Shown: positions 1 to 10,169, numbered from the stretch's first letter. The stretch is 35,571 nt of DNA from a virus (IMGVR_UViG_3300008255_001769:1-35571), one strand, 5' to 3'. Notes: generated from the sequence alone by a model not told the origin. Program-made: numbers and translations.

Positions 1-240
1 AAACTTTTCGTTGATAGCTTTTGCTGTCTCAGCATCAATGGTCACGATAAACTTCTCACCTACCTCAGTAACCTTACAGCCAAGATCCCGGGCAACCTGA
101 GCGGTATTGTCCGTTGATCCGGTGTCGAGAAGAAGCACCTCGCCGCCGCGCTCCTGGAACTCTTTAAGAGATTCCATAAGACGTGGAAGCGTCTTGCTTT
201 CGTTCCTAGCTATGAGTGCTACTGAGAATTTAGGTTTCAT
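1..240 (-). CDS. Family 2 glycosyltransferase, N-terminal part (runs off window edge; not in ORF track)
   Basis: My translation from ATG at 240 gives MKPKFSVALIARNESKTLPRLMESL...EVLLLDTGSTDNTAQVARDLG, the GT-A/GT2 N-terminal signature. The start lies 3 nt after the previous stop. Confidence 0.85.
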   Translation of the reverse strand, partial: MKPKFSVALIARNESKTLPRLMESLKEFQERGGEVLLLDTGSTDNTAQVARDLGCKVTEVGEKFIVTIDAETAKAINEKF

Positions 241-243
241 ATT

Positions 244-1362
244 TTATGCTTTTTCAACTAAGGTGAAGAATCCCCTGGAAGTAACTGTGACTATCGCATG
301 TTCGACCACAAGCTTAGGGTCGTTTGTAGTACCAGTCTGGTCTGCTGTGTAGAAATAAATATCGTAATAAGTATCTCCTGTGCCAGTTGGTTCAGAATTA
401 TCAACATCAGCCCCCACTCTCAGCCCGAACTTTGATATGCCGGTTTTACTTATATTTGCTATACCTGAAGCGTTCAAGGTGAAGTCGTTATACGCAACCG
501 TTGAAACAGAAGCATAAGCGAGCCTTGTAGCAAAGTCGGTTGTACCGTACAGTTCATCAGCATAATCAGCCGCAACAAGGGCTGATGTCGAAGCTGGGTT
601 ACTACTGACAATGGCGACCGTTACAGCCGGGGTCAAACCCCCTCCGACCAGGGTCTTGCTTTGCGCATAAAGTGAAAAAGTAGCAGAACTAATCGTGTCT
701 GTATCTCCTAAGGCGGAGGTATCAAACAAAACAACGCAACGAGTTAAGTTTCCCCAAGGATCTGCATCATTTTCAAGCTTCCTGATAAAGACCCTCATAG
801 TTGTCCCAGCAGTATCCGGTGAGGTTCTTGCATCCCCCTCCAGACCTGTAATCAAAGTGCTCCAAGTGACACGAGAGGCTGGGTCTGCCGTAATCATTCC
901 ATCTAGGCTGGGATAAAAAGTTGATGTAGTGCGGCCAATTTTCCCAGCAACAATTAAACTGTTTTCGTAGACATTTTTCATCACGGAAAGATTGTGCTCC
1001 ACCACTTGGAGGACTGCCTCTTTTAAATCTTCTCTGTACTTTACAACCAGCCTTTCTCCTGTGGTTTTATTCACACTCTCTCTCACGACATCTCCAGCCT
1101 GATCAGGTACAAGAGTTGGAGGATTAAAGATTCGGAAACGTTCAACATCCACGGATCCATCACTTCCAAACCCTAACTGTTTGCCGTTTTTCCAAGCTCT
1201 AGCAAACACCTCTACCCCTCCCTCGATGCTTTGAAGGTCAGTAATTTCGATTTCCACACCAGAGCGCACAAACCTACCCTTATGGTCAAGTTTGGAAATT
1301 TCTCGAGCTTTGATATCGGCTCTTTCTTTGGCTGTCTTGTTTGTAAGTAATTCTCTGATCAT
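244..1362 (-). CDS. Virion/tail-associated protein with C-terminal DNRLRE-like beta domain
   Basis: LFDTSALGDTDTISSATFSLY...PKLVVEH pattern, Thr/Ser-rich, located in the late operon after the fibre gene. Confidence 0.55.
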   Translation of the reverse strand: MIRELLTNKTAKERADIKAREISKLDHKGRFVRSGVEIEITDLQSIEGGVEVFARAWKNGKQLGFGSDGSVDVERFRIFNPPTLVPDQAGDVVRESVNKTTGERLVVKYREDLKEAVLQVVEHNLSVMKNVYENSLIVAGKIGRTTSTFYPSLDGMITADPASRVTWSTLITGLEGDARTSPDTAGTTMRVFIRKLENDADPWGNLTRCVVLFDTSALGDTDTISSATFSLYAQSKTLVGGGLTPAVTVAIVSSNPASTSALVAADYADELYGTTDFATRLAYASVSTVAYNDFTLNASGIANISKTGISKFGLRVGADVDNSEPTGTGDTYYDIYFYTADQTGTTNDPKLVVEHAIVTVTSRGFFTLVEKA

Positions 1363-1364
1363 TT

Positions 1365-2519
1365 TTAGTATCCCTTAGAAACTGCTATACAATCCCATTT
1401 CGTATCTCCTGAGTGGAACTGGAAGAGGAGATAGTCGGTCTTTGCCGCAGTTGTGGTGAGCGTCGGAGAGGTGACATCGGTTCCGAATCGATACTGAGTA
1501 TCGTATGCAAGGGTTCGAGATCCTGTAGCGTCCTGACGAACCCTCACTTCCATGAGCTGACCGTTCACTGGTGAGCCTGTCGGGTTTCCAAGAGTGCGGT
1601 TGCCTCCGAGAGTAACCGTGAAGATGTTTCCGGTTGAAGCATCGATCGCGATCGTTGCCGCATCAGTAAGAGCGGTAACGGTTCTGTTGTTTGGACCAGT
1701 GTAACCAGTCGGACCGGTTGGACCAGTGTAGCCGGTATAGCCGGTTGGACCAGTTGGACCTACCGCTCCATCAGGACCGGTGTAACCAGTAGGGCCAGTT
1801 GCTCCGATCGGTCCGGTATATCCAGTGTAGCCGGTATAGCCGGTTGGGCCAGTTGCACCAGCAGAAGTGAGAGACCATTTTGAAGCCGCAAGATCTGTAG
1901 CAAACGTTCCTGAGGTATGGGCTTCAATACAAATGTAGCTACTGCCTTCATGGTATACAGCATCATTGAGCGCGTAAGCCGTCGCGGTAAGCCACTGCCC
2001 TTGCCAGCTCATAGATCCCCCAGCCGGTCCGGTGTACCCTGTTGGACCAGTAGGGCCTAGTGGACCGGTGTATCCAGTCGGGCCTGTAGGACCGATTGGA
2101 CCGGTATACCCTGTATAGCCAGTGTATCCGGTCGGACCGGTGACAGTTGAAGCTGGTCCGGTATAACCAGTAGGTCCGGTTGGCCCGGTATATCCAGTCG
2201 GGCCTGTTGGACCAGCAACGGAGGATGCTGGGCCAGTGTATCCAGTCGGGCCTGTTGGACCGGTATAACCCGTATAGCCAGTGGCTCCTATAGGGCCGGA
2301 AGCGAGGAGATCCCATTTATCGTCCCAATCAGCACCTACCCCGGGCTCTGTTGAGGCCCCAGAGGTATGTTCTACAGTACAAACGTATGCGCTGTTATCA
2401 GATCCTCTAACACCGTCGCCAGGAGCGTACAGTGTCGAAGTGACCCAAGCACCTCGCCAGTATTTGATGCCGGCGATCGAGAGTGTGCCATCCCTTTTTG
2501 TCCATTCGTTTAATGCCAT
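1365..2519 (-). CDS. Collagen-like tail fibre with two CBM5/12-like aromatic modules
   Basis: Long G-X-Y tracts (GPT/GYT/GAT). Two W-x-G-x-W...Y...D-x-V...Y-x-C-xxx-HTSG modules and a C-terminal beta domain ([18 protein letters not shown]). Confidence 0.85.
   Translation of the reverse strand: MALNEWTKRDGTLSIAGIKYWRGAWVTSTLYAPGDGVRGSDNSAYVCTVEHTSGASTEPGVGADWDDKWDLLASGPIGATGYTGYTGPTGPTGYTGPASSVAGPTGPTGYTGPTGPTGYTGPASTVTGPTGYTGYTGYTGPIGPTGPTGYTGPLGPTGPTGYTGPAGGSMSWQGQWLTATAYALNDAVYHEGSSYICIEAHTSGTFATDLAASKWSLTSAGATGPTGYTGYTGYTGPIGATGPTGYTGPDGAVGPTGPTGYTGYTGPTGPTGYTGPNNRTVTALTDAATIAIDASTGNIFTVTLGGNRTLGNPTGSPVNGQLMEVRVRQDATGSRTLAYDTQYRFGTDVTSPTLTTTAAKTDYLLFQFHSGDTKWDCIAVSKGY
1690..2300 (-). repeat. 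Degenerate 9-bp-unit coding tandem repeats (collagen GPT/GYT tracts, two blocks)
   Basis: Recurrent units such as tatccagtcgggcctgt at about 2071, 2191 and 2239. Confidence 0.8.
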
Positions 2520-2535
2520 ATTGGTAATTTATTAA

Positions 2536-3240
2536 TTATCGATAATTTCTCCTCCTCGCTTTTAATCCGCCTCGGCGTGCGCCCAAGCGCACCGAGTACA
2601 ATTCCTCACACATACCCTTCACCCCGGTATCTCCGGGCTTAGAGGCATCACCGAAGAGCATCTTACGAAGCTCATCGGACTTTTTGTACATTTCCTCTGC
2701 AACCGCGTAATCGATAGCGGCGAGAATCGAGATCGCTCTCTGAATCGGCTCCATGAGATCCGGCACATTGTTGTTCGTGGAAAGATCCACGAAGTCTGTC
2801 TGAGCCCAAATCTTGAATCCGTTTACCACATCCTCTTCAGGGGCCGGGCGAAGCTGAATGATGTCTCCAAACATTTCTGCGGTTGGCTGGCTTGCGTCAT
2901 CTCGAACTCGAGTAGAGTTTCCTTCAACGTCTGCTTGATTCGCCTGTACACTCAGGAAGCTAACCGGTACGAACGTTCCCCCGGTCTCATACATCACTTC
3001 CGCTTTATAGATGCGGAGGATGTTTGATGGAAGCTCGTAGTCGGTCACTCCGTCCTGAAGATCCCTATAAAGAATGTCTCCCTGGATCTCCCAATCGCCG
3101 AGAATCGGAATCACCCAACCAAGCACGGTCCGATACGCGCGGTTTAGATTTCGATTTAGTTCAGTATCTCCGTACTCAGTCGATGTGAGCTGAGGGCTGA
3201 TGAGATACCTTGTATCGGCTTGTAGATCTGTTAGTTCCAT
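2536..3240 (-). CDS. Probable head-tail adaptor / tail tubular-type protein
   Basis: Position between capsid and fibre genes. Pattern (L..LN.AY, G..DYELP.....I, IQLRPAP, VP...H/Q..I..LA) resembles podovirus adaptors. Confidence 0.5.
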   Translation of the reverse strand: MELTDLQADTRYLISPQLTSTEYGDTELNRNLNRAYRTVLGWVIPILGDWEIQGDILYRDLQDGVTDYELPSNILRIYKAEVMYETGGTFVPVSFLSVQANQADVEGNSTRVRDDASQPTAEMFGDIIQLRPAPEEDVVNGFKIWAQTDFVDLSTNNNVPDLMEPIQRAISILAAIDYAVAEEMYKKSDELRKMLFGDASKPGDTGVKGMCEELYSVRLGARRGGLKARRRNYR

Positions 3241-3319
3241 AATTTATTTTTAAGGGTTATTTGATTCCAGATTCGGAGCCCCGATCGGACGGAGCTCCTA
3301 GATCTGAAATCAAACGCTA

Positions 3320-3814
3320 CTAAACTCCGAGCGCGCGACGAGTTTCCTCATCTGCGGCCGCAAGGTTTCGTGGGTTGTCATTCAGGGCTTCAGATTCGAT
3401 CTGATACGCGTTCATGAGCAACTTGTGGATTGATTCAGGAACACTAACCATCACACCTTTCTTCACTTCACAACGATAGCCGTTGATTGTAACGGAGCGG
3501 TATGCTCCCTTAGTTTCTCCGGGATCAAGTGGAATGTAGATCGGAAGCTTTGCCTCTTGAGAAAGCTTTTGCTTTACAGCAAGAGCTTCGGTTGAGAGAG
3601 ATACTCCGGCAAGCGGAGCGTCCTTCACACCCGAGAGAACTGAATTCTGTCGAACTTCCGCAACAGGAGCCGAAGCTACTGGAGCTGTTTCCTGAGTGGG
3701 AGCTGGAGCCGGAGCTTCAGGTTCTACAGGAGGAAGATCTTGAGAAGGTTTCTCGTCAAAATGATCTTCTGGTAATGGTTGATTTGTTGGATCGAATTCG
3801 TTTGTTGGTTCCAT
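3320..3814 (-). CDS. Hypothetical head-module protein
   Basis: Pro/Glu-rich N-terminus, then SVTINGYRCEVKKGVMVSVP. A-rich leader and co-oriented with the late operon. Confidence 0.6.
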   Translation of the reverse strand: MEPTNEFDPTNQPLPEDHFDEKPSQDLPPVEPEAPAPAPTQETAPVASAPVAEVRQNSVLSGVKDAPLAGVSLSTEALAVKQKLSQEAKLPIYIPLDPGETKGAYRSVTINGYRCEVKKGVMVSVPESIHKLLMNAYQIESEALNDNPRNLAAADEETRRALGV

Positions 3815-3875
3815 AATTCTTTTTTATTCAGCTTTAGTGCTTGTTACTTTTAATTTTCAATCAGATGCGCTTCGA

Positions 3876-4190
3876 CTATGCGTTGTGAACGATCATTACG
3901 TCGAAGGTGAGAGATGCCATATCTACAGCAGTTGTCGCGTCATACGCGTTGTTGATGTAGACAGTGAGCTCATCAGTGTCAGTAACCTTGCATCCGGCTA
4001 TGATCGCCATAGCTGGAGCGGCCTGAGCATTAATGAACACGTTGTCACCAGCCGCAAGACCAGTAATCGCTACGGTCTCTGCGCCTTGAGCGGCGGCCGC
4101 GATAGAAGCGGCATCAAGGGTGAATGTACCGAATTCAACCCATGCTCCCTTCACTGCGTCGCCTATTTCAGCAGTTTTTGTATAAGCCAT
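3876..4190 (-). CDS. Probable capsid decoration/cement protein
   Basis: Small Ala-rich beta-type protein immediately downstream of the major capsid gene. Confidence 0.5.
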   Translation of the reverse strand: MAYTKTAEIGDAVKGAWVEFGTFTLDAASIAAAAQGAETVAITGLAAGDNVFINAQAAPAMAIIAGCKVTDTDELTVYINNAYDATTAVDMASLTFDVMIVHNA

Positions 4191-4298
4191 ACTTTTACAA
4201 TTAACTTAGTTGAGTAATTTTCCACTTAGAGGGCCACTTCCTCCCTCCGGCCTACGAGCTACTCAGGCGTACCGCACTAGCTCAGGAAGCTTGCGCTA

Positions 4299-5267
4299 TT
4301 AGACGCGAGCGTGGACGATGCGAACGATGAAGTCATCGTTGAGGATCTTCGCAACGAAGGTTGCCTTCCAACCGGCGGTTTCGCGCTGGTTGAGAGGGTC
4401 TGCTGTACCAGCAGAACCGAGAGGCTTAACGATGTTTTCAAGAGCGTGTCCGGCAATTCGAGTGACACCGTATGCGTGCTGACCCATGATCAGAGTTACA
4501 TAGAGGTCGATCGAAGAAGTACCAGCACCAGTGAGAACCTTTGCGTTCACCGTTTCGATGAAGCGAGTGTTCTCGACCTTACCAATTTCTCCATCCATGC
4601 GAGAAGCTGGGTTCGCGTAGAGCTCGACCTTTGTGAAGCCGGTCATAGCGCGAATGGTCTTAGTGGTGTACACGTGACAGATTCCGATGAAGGAAGGTGG
4701 CAACGGTGTAGTGTTGTATCCGGTTGAAGGATCAACGAAGGAGGTCATCCACATTGTCTTGTTCGCCTTTAGAGTTTCCTCTGCGGACTGAATGTTGGCA
4801 AGGGTGATAACATCTCCAGCCGCAACGTGGTCATTCTGAGTGTTTGAAGTACCAGAATAAATCACGTTTGTACCGGCAACGAGAACGTCTCGAGCAAGCT
4901 GATCGAGAGTGTCACCAGCCTGATCACCGAGAATTGCGTTTGCCTCGAGGCGAACTGGATCCTCAGTGGTCATAGTGAGCTTGTCAGTGAGGGTAACGAA
5001 GTCACCGTACTGAAGAGCTGTAGCGGTAACGATGGTCTCAGAGAGACGGCTACCGGCTGGGGTTACACCTTCAACAAGCGCGGTTGTTGCGGCGGCGAGG
5101 TTTGCATACCTCTTGAACTTGATAACGGAAGAATTCCCGGCTGGGATATCCTTCACTTGGCCGAACTTGGTGTGGACCAAGCGAGGCTGTGCTCTGAAGA
5201 GCAGGTCACGGCTGAAAAACGAATTTACATTCGTAATCTCAGCAGTTGTTGTTTTTTGAGCTGACAT
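4299..5267 (-). CDS. Major capsid protein, N4-gp56 family
   Basis: LVEGVTPAG, QYGDFVTLTD, LGDQAGDTLDQLARDVL and KPLGSAGTADPLNQRETAGWKA motifs. Confidence 0.9.
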   Translation of the reverse strand: MSAQKTTTAEITNVNSFFSRDLLFRAQPRLVHTKFGQVKDIPAGNSSVIKFKRYANLAAATTALVEGVTPAGSRLSETIVTATALQYGDFVTLTDKLTMTTEDPVRLEANAILGDQAGDTLDQLARDVLVAGTNVIYSGTSNTQNDHVAAGDVITLANIQSAEETLKANKTMWMTSFVDPSTGYNTTPLPPSFIGICHVYTTKTIRAMTGFTKVELYANPASRMDGEIGKVENTRFIETVNAKVLTGAGTSSIDLYVTLIMGQHAYGVTRIAGHALENIVKPLGSAGTADPLNQRETAGWKATFVAKILNDDFIVRIVHARV

Positions 5268-5304
5268 AATTCTTTAGGAATAAATTTAGCTGACTAATGT
5301 GGTC

Positions 5305-5889
5305 CTATTGACCGGTGAGAATTTTATTTCTCGCGGCTTCGATCTCCGCCTGAGAAGCATTGGACCAATCCTTCTTAGCGATCTCGGATGAACTTCGATT
5401 ACCTGGAGCTACCGACGCGTCCTCGACATCTTCTTGTGTCTGATTATCTTTGATGTACTTTTGAACCATCGGTCTCTTCATGTACTCTTCCGGAGAAACG
5501 CCGTATGCCCGAGCACCATCGACGATTTCCTTTGCGACATCTTTAGTCAGTTCCGGATGGTCCTGTCTAAATGCTATGAGTACGAGGGGATCTTCTTTTG
5601 GAGCCTCCTCCTCTTTTTTCTCAGGCTTCTTCACCTCGGGTTTTGGATTTTTCAATCCGGTAAGCTCTGTTTCCAAAGTCTTAGCCTTATCCCTGTAGTG
5701 ACGCTTCTGATGGACGGTAGTTTGAGCATCCTTTAGTCGCTTTGCGAGCTCGCTCGCCTTGTCCGGATCCTCAAGATCTTCCTCCTTAAAGTTTGCGATG
5801 AAGTCCTCTGCCTCAGTGAGAGCGGTAAGCTCTTCCGGTGACATCTCCTCCTCCGCTTTAACTTCTACCTTCGTTGTTTCTTCTGCCAT
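5305..5889 (-). CDS. Capsid scaffolding protein (probable)
   Basis: Acidic coiled-coil protein directly upstream of the capsid gene. Confidence 0.65.
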   Translation of the reverse strand: MAEETTKVEVKAEEEMSPEELTALTEAEDFIANFKEEDLEDPDKASELAKRLKDAQTTVHQKRHYRDKAKTLETELTGLKNPKPEVKKPEKKEEEAPKEDPLVLIAFRQDHPELTKDVAKEIVDGARAYGVSPEEYMKRPMVQKYIKDNQTQEDVEDASVAPGNRSSSEIAKKDWSNASQAEIEAARNKILTGQ

Positions 5890-5957
5890 AATTTTTATTC
5901 ATTTATAGGGTTTTGTCCCATACGCATTATTTTTTAATTTTGCCTAGCGTATCTCGG

Positions 5958-6242
5958 CTACCTCCACTTGCTGATCTTCTTCTCCTGAGGGCCAGCACTT
6001 GTTTTTAATTTTTCCTGGTCCGGGAAAATCATCTCTGCAATCTCCACTAATATCTTCACTGCCTCTTGTCGGGCGAGGGTCTGAAGGCCCATGTTGCCTT
6101 TCGGATCGACATTATTAATGTCTTTCAGATCGGTGATTCCTTCCTTGAATACTTTTTCAATGACCTTCACGTAATTCGCTCCTGACTTTACAAACTGGTC
6201 CAGAGCATCTTGTTCGTTTTGATCTAAGTTTATTTTTTTCAT
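5958..6242 (-). CDS. Hypothetical protein between portal and scaffold
   Basis: 94-aa ORF with A-rich leader and tight packing. Confidence 0.6.
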   Translation of the reverse strand: MKKINLDQNEQDALDQFVKSGANYVKVIEKVFKEGITDLKDINNVDPKGNMGLQTLARQEAVKILVEIAEMIFPDQEKLKTSAGPQEKKISKWR

Positions 6243-6258
6243 GCTTTGGTTTTAATAA

Positions 6259-8268
6259 TTATCTGACCGCACCGGCTGGAGCTCTCGCTCCTGGCTCACC
6301 GGGAGGCGAAGCCCCGGTTGCGTCCGCTTGTAATCTATCTGCTCCGCCTCCGCCCTGGTTCGCCGGGTTGAGAAGGGGATTTGTTTCCGTCTCGTTAATC
6401 GCGTTGATTTCGAGAGGAGAGTAACCGGATCCTTCGAGAACTATATTTACAAGCTTCATCAATCGAGGATCCTGGAGGCCTTGAGGATTAGCCATCGCAA
6501 CCTGAGTGAGACCGGAGATCGTTTCCATGTTCTCCTTCTTCATGTCGTTCTCTCCAGTGATGACCATTTTCACTGAGTATTTGAGATTGGCGTAGTATTC
6601 CTTCTCAATTTTCAACTGCTTTGGACCTTTCTTAATTTGATCTTTTACAAGCGAGCCAACGAGCTGAAGCTGTGCTGGGTCCGGGTACTCTTCGTGCTCC
6701 ATGATGTATTCCTTGAGTACCTGGTACTGGAAGAGTTTGCGCTTAGCGTTGTAATAGATCTCGATGTCGTCCATATCATCCATGAGTTCAAGGATGTGCT
6801 CTTCGTTAAGAGAAGCGGCGAAGTCTGGAAGGAGCCATTCATTGAATACATCTTCCAGGAAGAGGCCCATGTTTTCCTGAACATACTCGAAGAGTTTAGT
6901 TGCGCTCTTGAGCTGTTGCGCGCCAAGCTTGAATGGTGTACCGGATGGCAAATTCTCGCCGGTAACGATTTCGAATGAGTTACAGAGACGGTCCGCCTTT
7001 CGTTCGATCCTTTCAATCTCATCTTTATATTGAGTGAATCCCCGGATCTCGGTCGGAATGGCCGTGAGCTCAGATTTCGAAACGATAACATCACCGTCGA
7101 GAAGGTCCGTGAGGACATTCTTAACGTGAGTTTTGTCGCGTGTCTGATAAAGGTGTAAAAGAGCAATTCTGAGCGAAGCGAAGAATCGGTTTGTGAGCTC
7201 GTTCGCTTTTTCAATAAGATCGAAGCATAGCTCATAGTTTCCGAGACCGAGCCATCGGCCCTTCCTTCTTCGGAAGTGAACCTCCTTATAAGGGAAGAGG
7301 GCCTTGTCTACTTCTTTACAGAAGAGAACAGCCTCACTCTCTCCATCTCGGATGCCTCCGACGATTGCCATTACATAAACACTATCGTTTCCATGAGCAT
7401 TAACAGCCTTAGGTGTACCGGCTTCTTCGCCTTTAGTAACTTCAGGAAGCCCGGCGGCCTTTCGTCTCTGAAGTCCACCAGTTTTATACTGGTCATACAT
7501 AGCTCGAGGAATTTCTCCCCAAAGTTCGTACACTTCGTAGAAAGGGGTAGTCTCATCGACGCGAGACATTTGATGAATAGCTGAATCTCCGCTCGTTTGA
7601 TCGAGGAAGCCGACGCGGCCAACTGTTTTTCCGCAAGAAACAAGAGTTTCGACGGCAGTTTTGTCCCAGCTCTTCTTCGAATATAGATCTGCCTGAGTGA
7701 GAAGGTGACGCTCGATGAGTAGACCGTCCTTTAAATGCTTAACGGCCGGATCATTCATAAGGTTGATGAGTTCAACCTGAGCGGTATCAGTGCGGCCATC
7801 TGAAAGTTTGATCTTCTTCCAAACTACAGTACCGAAATCAGGGAGATCGTCAGCAAGGTCATTGAGCTTGCGGCCGAAGCCTGAAGTTTTTGCATAGCCC
7901 ATGAATTCTCGGCGAAGCATCCAGGTCTTGAGGTATGAACCCTCAGTCTCGGACTTAATGTATGCGTCCTTCGTGTTGAGGTTGATGTTCTTGGTAGCCT
8001 GATCATTTCGATCGGTGATGAGATCGTAAAAGTATTTTGGATCTCCGTTTTCATCCGTAGGTCCGGATTCAAACTGGTTGTGAATATAGAAATAAGTGCG
8101 CTTAACAATTTCGTACTGATTGAAGGTGAGACCAGGAACTATCTCAATCTCCTTTTCGAGAAAGTTTTGCTTAAAGTTAGAGATCATGCCAGCCAAAGAC
8201 TGCGGCTTTGCGCCGTTCTCCGGGTTGGCTGTCATCGTATATTTATATTTGAGTATAGTTGGTTGCAT
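6259..8268 (-). CDS. Portal protein, podovirus-type (alternative start at 8235)
   Basis: About 660 aa directly after terL. FGTVVWKK, YEVYELWG and PYKEVHFRRRKGRWLGLG match P22-like portal patterns. Confidence 0.8.
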   Translation of the reverse strand: MQPTILKYKYTMTANPENGAKPQSLAGMISNFKQNFLEKEIEIVPGLTFNQYEIVKRTYFYIHNQFESGPTDENGDPKYFYDLITDRNDQATKNINLNTKDAYIKSETEGSYLKTWMLRREFMGYAKTSGFGRKLNDLADDLPDFGTVVWKKIKLSDGRTDTAQVELINLMNDPAVKHLKDGLLIERHLLTQADLYSKKSWDKTAVETLVSCGKTVGRVGFLDQTSGDSAIHQMSRVDETTPFYEVYELWGEIPRAMYDQYKTGGLQRRKAAGLPEVTKGEEAGTPKAVNAHGNDSVYVMAIVGGIRDGESEAVLFCKEVDKALFPYKEVHFRRRKGRWLGLGNYELCFDLIEKANELTNRFFASLRIALLHLYQTRDKTHVKNVLTDLLDGDVIVSKSELTAIPTEIRGFTQYKDEIERIERKADRLCNSFEIVTGENLPSGTPFKLGAQQLKSATKLFEYVQENMGLFLEDVFNEWLLPDFAASLNEEHILELMDDMDDIEIYYNAKRKLFQYQVLKEYIMEHEEYPDPAQLQLVGSLVKDQIKKGPKQLKIEKEYYANLKYSVKMVITGENDMKKENMETISGLTQVAMANPQGLQDPRLMKLVNIVLEGSGYSPLEINAINETETNPLLNPANQGGGGADRLQADATGASPPGEPGARAPAGAVR

Positions 8269-8273
8269 TTTTG

Positions 8274-10169
8274 TTATCGGAATTTAGAGATTTTCCTGTT
8301 TCGATTCTCCTCCCTTCTATTTTCAACTTCAGCGACCCGGGCCGGATCCTCGAGACCTCGGTTCGCATAAGCTTTCATCTGATACGCGATCGCGGCGGCC
8401 GTGAGAAGGTCGAAGTGACGAGTAGTATTCTCAGTCACCGCAACATTCAGTGAATCCTCTTTGTTGAAGCTCTTGGCCTCAAGAAGAATTCCCCTGTCGT
8501 AGCAGATAATCAGATCGTCAGCCAAAGCTTCCGAGAACTCATACATCATCTTTGGTTTAGAAAGAGATGTGGTGAGCCATCCGAGTTTCTGAGTAGCGTG
8601 CTCCTCGAGCAAACCCTCACGAACTTGCGTGTAGATGTTCGGGTAGATCGCGTTCAACTGCACAACTGTCGTAAGGCCCACGTTGTTTGCTTCTGGAGCG
8701 GCGATACATACGCCATACCAGGAGCCGGCCTTCTTGATGTCGTGAGCGAATGTCACCGGATCGACCGTATTCGATCGATAGGTGAGCACAATCTCTCCGG
8801 TCGTGAAGTCGATGATCACGATCGTCGAGCTATCTCTTCGAACACCTTGCGAAACGTCCGCGCCTAGACCGTACAAGTGTCCTTTGACAAACTCCTTGTA
8901 GATCAGGAAGTCTCCTTCGGTTCGAAGCGGATCTCGCGCATATCGTTCGCGCTGAGCATCGATCACTTCGGCCGAGAAGAGCTTGTTGCCGGACGAGAGG
9001 AACGCTTCCTCAGGTGTCGTCGGATGCTCCTGGTTCATCTTGCCTCGCTGGATGCGCTGTTCGAGGTAGTACCAATTCTTCTGTTCCTGAGTGAATGTGA
9101 CCTTGCACAATCTCTGCATTTTCTCGAGATACTCGTCGACCTCAGGTGTGATAGGAATGTTTCCTTGCACTACATCCGCCGGGTTTTCATACCAGGGAAA
9201 GAAGAAGAATTTGTAATCCTTGACCGAAAGCGCGCGCTTCACGCGAGCCGCTTCCATCGCATCCTGTACCATCTCGTAGTAGCGGCCATCTTCGCCCTCG
9301 GCCGTGCTTTCAATAAACACTAAACCTTGAGCTGGAACGGCTGGCAGTGTACCGGTAATGATTTCTTCCGCCTTCTCAGGGAATCTCGAGCAAATCTTTC
9401 CGAACTCAGTGATGAGCACGGCCTGATAAGTACCGGATCGAAGTGAGGTAGAAATACGCATCACTGATCCGTTCGAGAATTCGTACTCCGCTTTCGAATC
9501 GCCGAGAGTACCGAGTTTCAAGAAATCCTTAATTGGCTGAGGGAAGTTATCCCAAGCAATCTTGACCTTCTTGAAGATCACACCGGCATCGCCTTGCGTG
9601 TGCGCGATGATACCGATCTGCTTATTCTTGTTGAAAAGAGCATAGTCGAGAAGGAAGATACAAATGAACGTCGTGAATCCAAGCTGACGTGCCTTGAGGA
9701 TGATGTTTTTATAGTGCATCCCCTGGAGCAATTTTATTTGCGCCGGCCTCAATCTGAATTTCACTAAATCTCCAGCTTCGTTGATAACGGTGTAGAGATT
9801 GTTCAGTCGCCAAATCCTGTCGACTAACCTGGGATCAATGGTCTCCAGGCCTATGTAATCCGTAGAAGCGATCGGGATTATATAGGTCTGTAGATCATCT
9901 ACAGAAACGGTGCTCACGTCATGGTAAGCACTTTTATTAGCAGATCGAGAAGAACCCAAATCATCACGATGATCATCAGCAACGGCAACGTTCGGTAGAT
10001 CAGACTTTTCCAGTACATCCCCCTGATACTCTTGTGCATCTTCAGGTACGCGAAGGTCGGGCAACTCCTGAAGCGAAACAGTTTCAGGAACGGAAACAGA
10101 AGGGCCGTGGCTATTGTCGCTCGAAGGTTTGAAAAATTGAGCATGATCATGTCGTTTAAATTCCATCAT
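8274..10169 (-). CDS. terL: Terminase large subunit
   Basis: Walker A ILKARQLGFTT, Walker B VLITEFG, coupling motif IESTAEG, nuclease motifs LGADVSQG..RDSS, EANNVG and HFDLLTA. Confidence 0.95.
   Translation of the reverse strand: MMEFKRHDHAQFFKPSSDNSHGPSVSVPETVSLQELPDLRVPEDAQEYQGDVLEKSDLPNVAVADDHRDDLGSSRSANKSAYHDVSTVSVDDLQTYIIPIASTDYIGLETIDPRLVDRIWRLNNLYTVINEAGDLVKFRLRPAQIKLLQGMHYKNIILKARQLGFTTFICIFLLDYALFNKNKQIGIIAHTQGDAGVIFKKVKIAWDNFPQPIKDFLKLGTLGDSKAEYEFSNGSVMRISTSLRSGTYQAVLITEFGKICSRFPEKAEEIITGTLPAVPAQGLVFIESTAEGEDGRYYEMVQDAMEAARVKRALSVKDYKFFFFPWYENPADVVQGNIPITPEVDEYLEKMQRLCKVTFTQEQKNWYYLEQRIQRGKMNQEHPTTPEEAFLSSGNKLFSAEVIDAQRERYARDPLRTEGDFLIYKEFVKGHLYGLGADVSQGVRRDSSTIVIIDFTTGEIVLTYRSNTVDPVTFAHDIKKAGSWYGVCIAAPEANNVGLTTVVQLNAIYPNIYTQVREGLLEEHATQKLGWLTTSLSKPKMMYEFSEALADDLIICYDRGILLEAKSFNKEDSLNVAVTENTTRHFDLLTAAAIAYQMKAYANRGLEDPARVAEVENRREENRNRKISKFR

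Noticed and set aside
1365-2519. Diversity-generating retroelement target
   Set aside because: No reverse transcriptase and no TR/VR pair differing at adenines was seen; the repeats are explained by collagen coding.
4277-4468. Frameshift extension of the major capsid protein
   Set aside because: The capsid gene ends in tandem TAA TAG, no clear slippery site was seen, and the alternative frame would add only a few residues.
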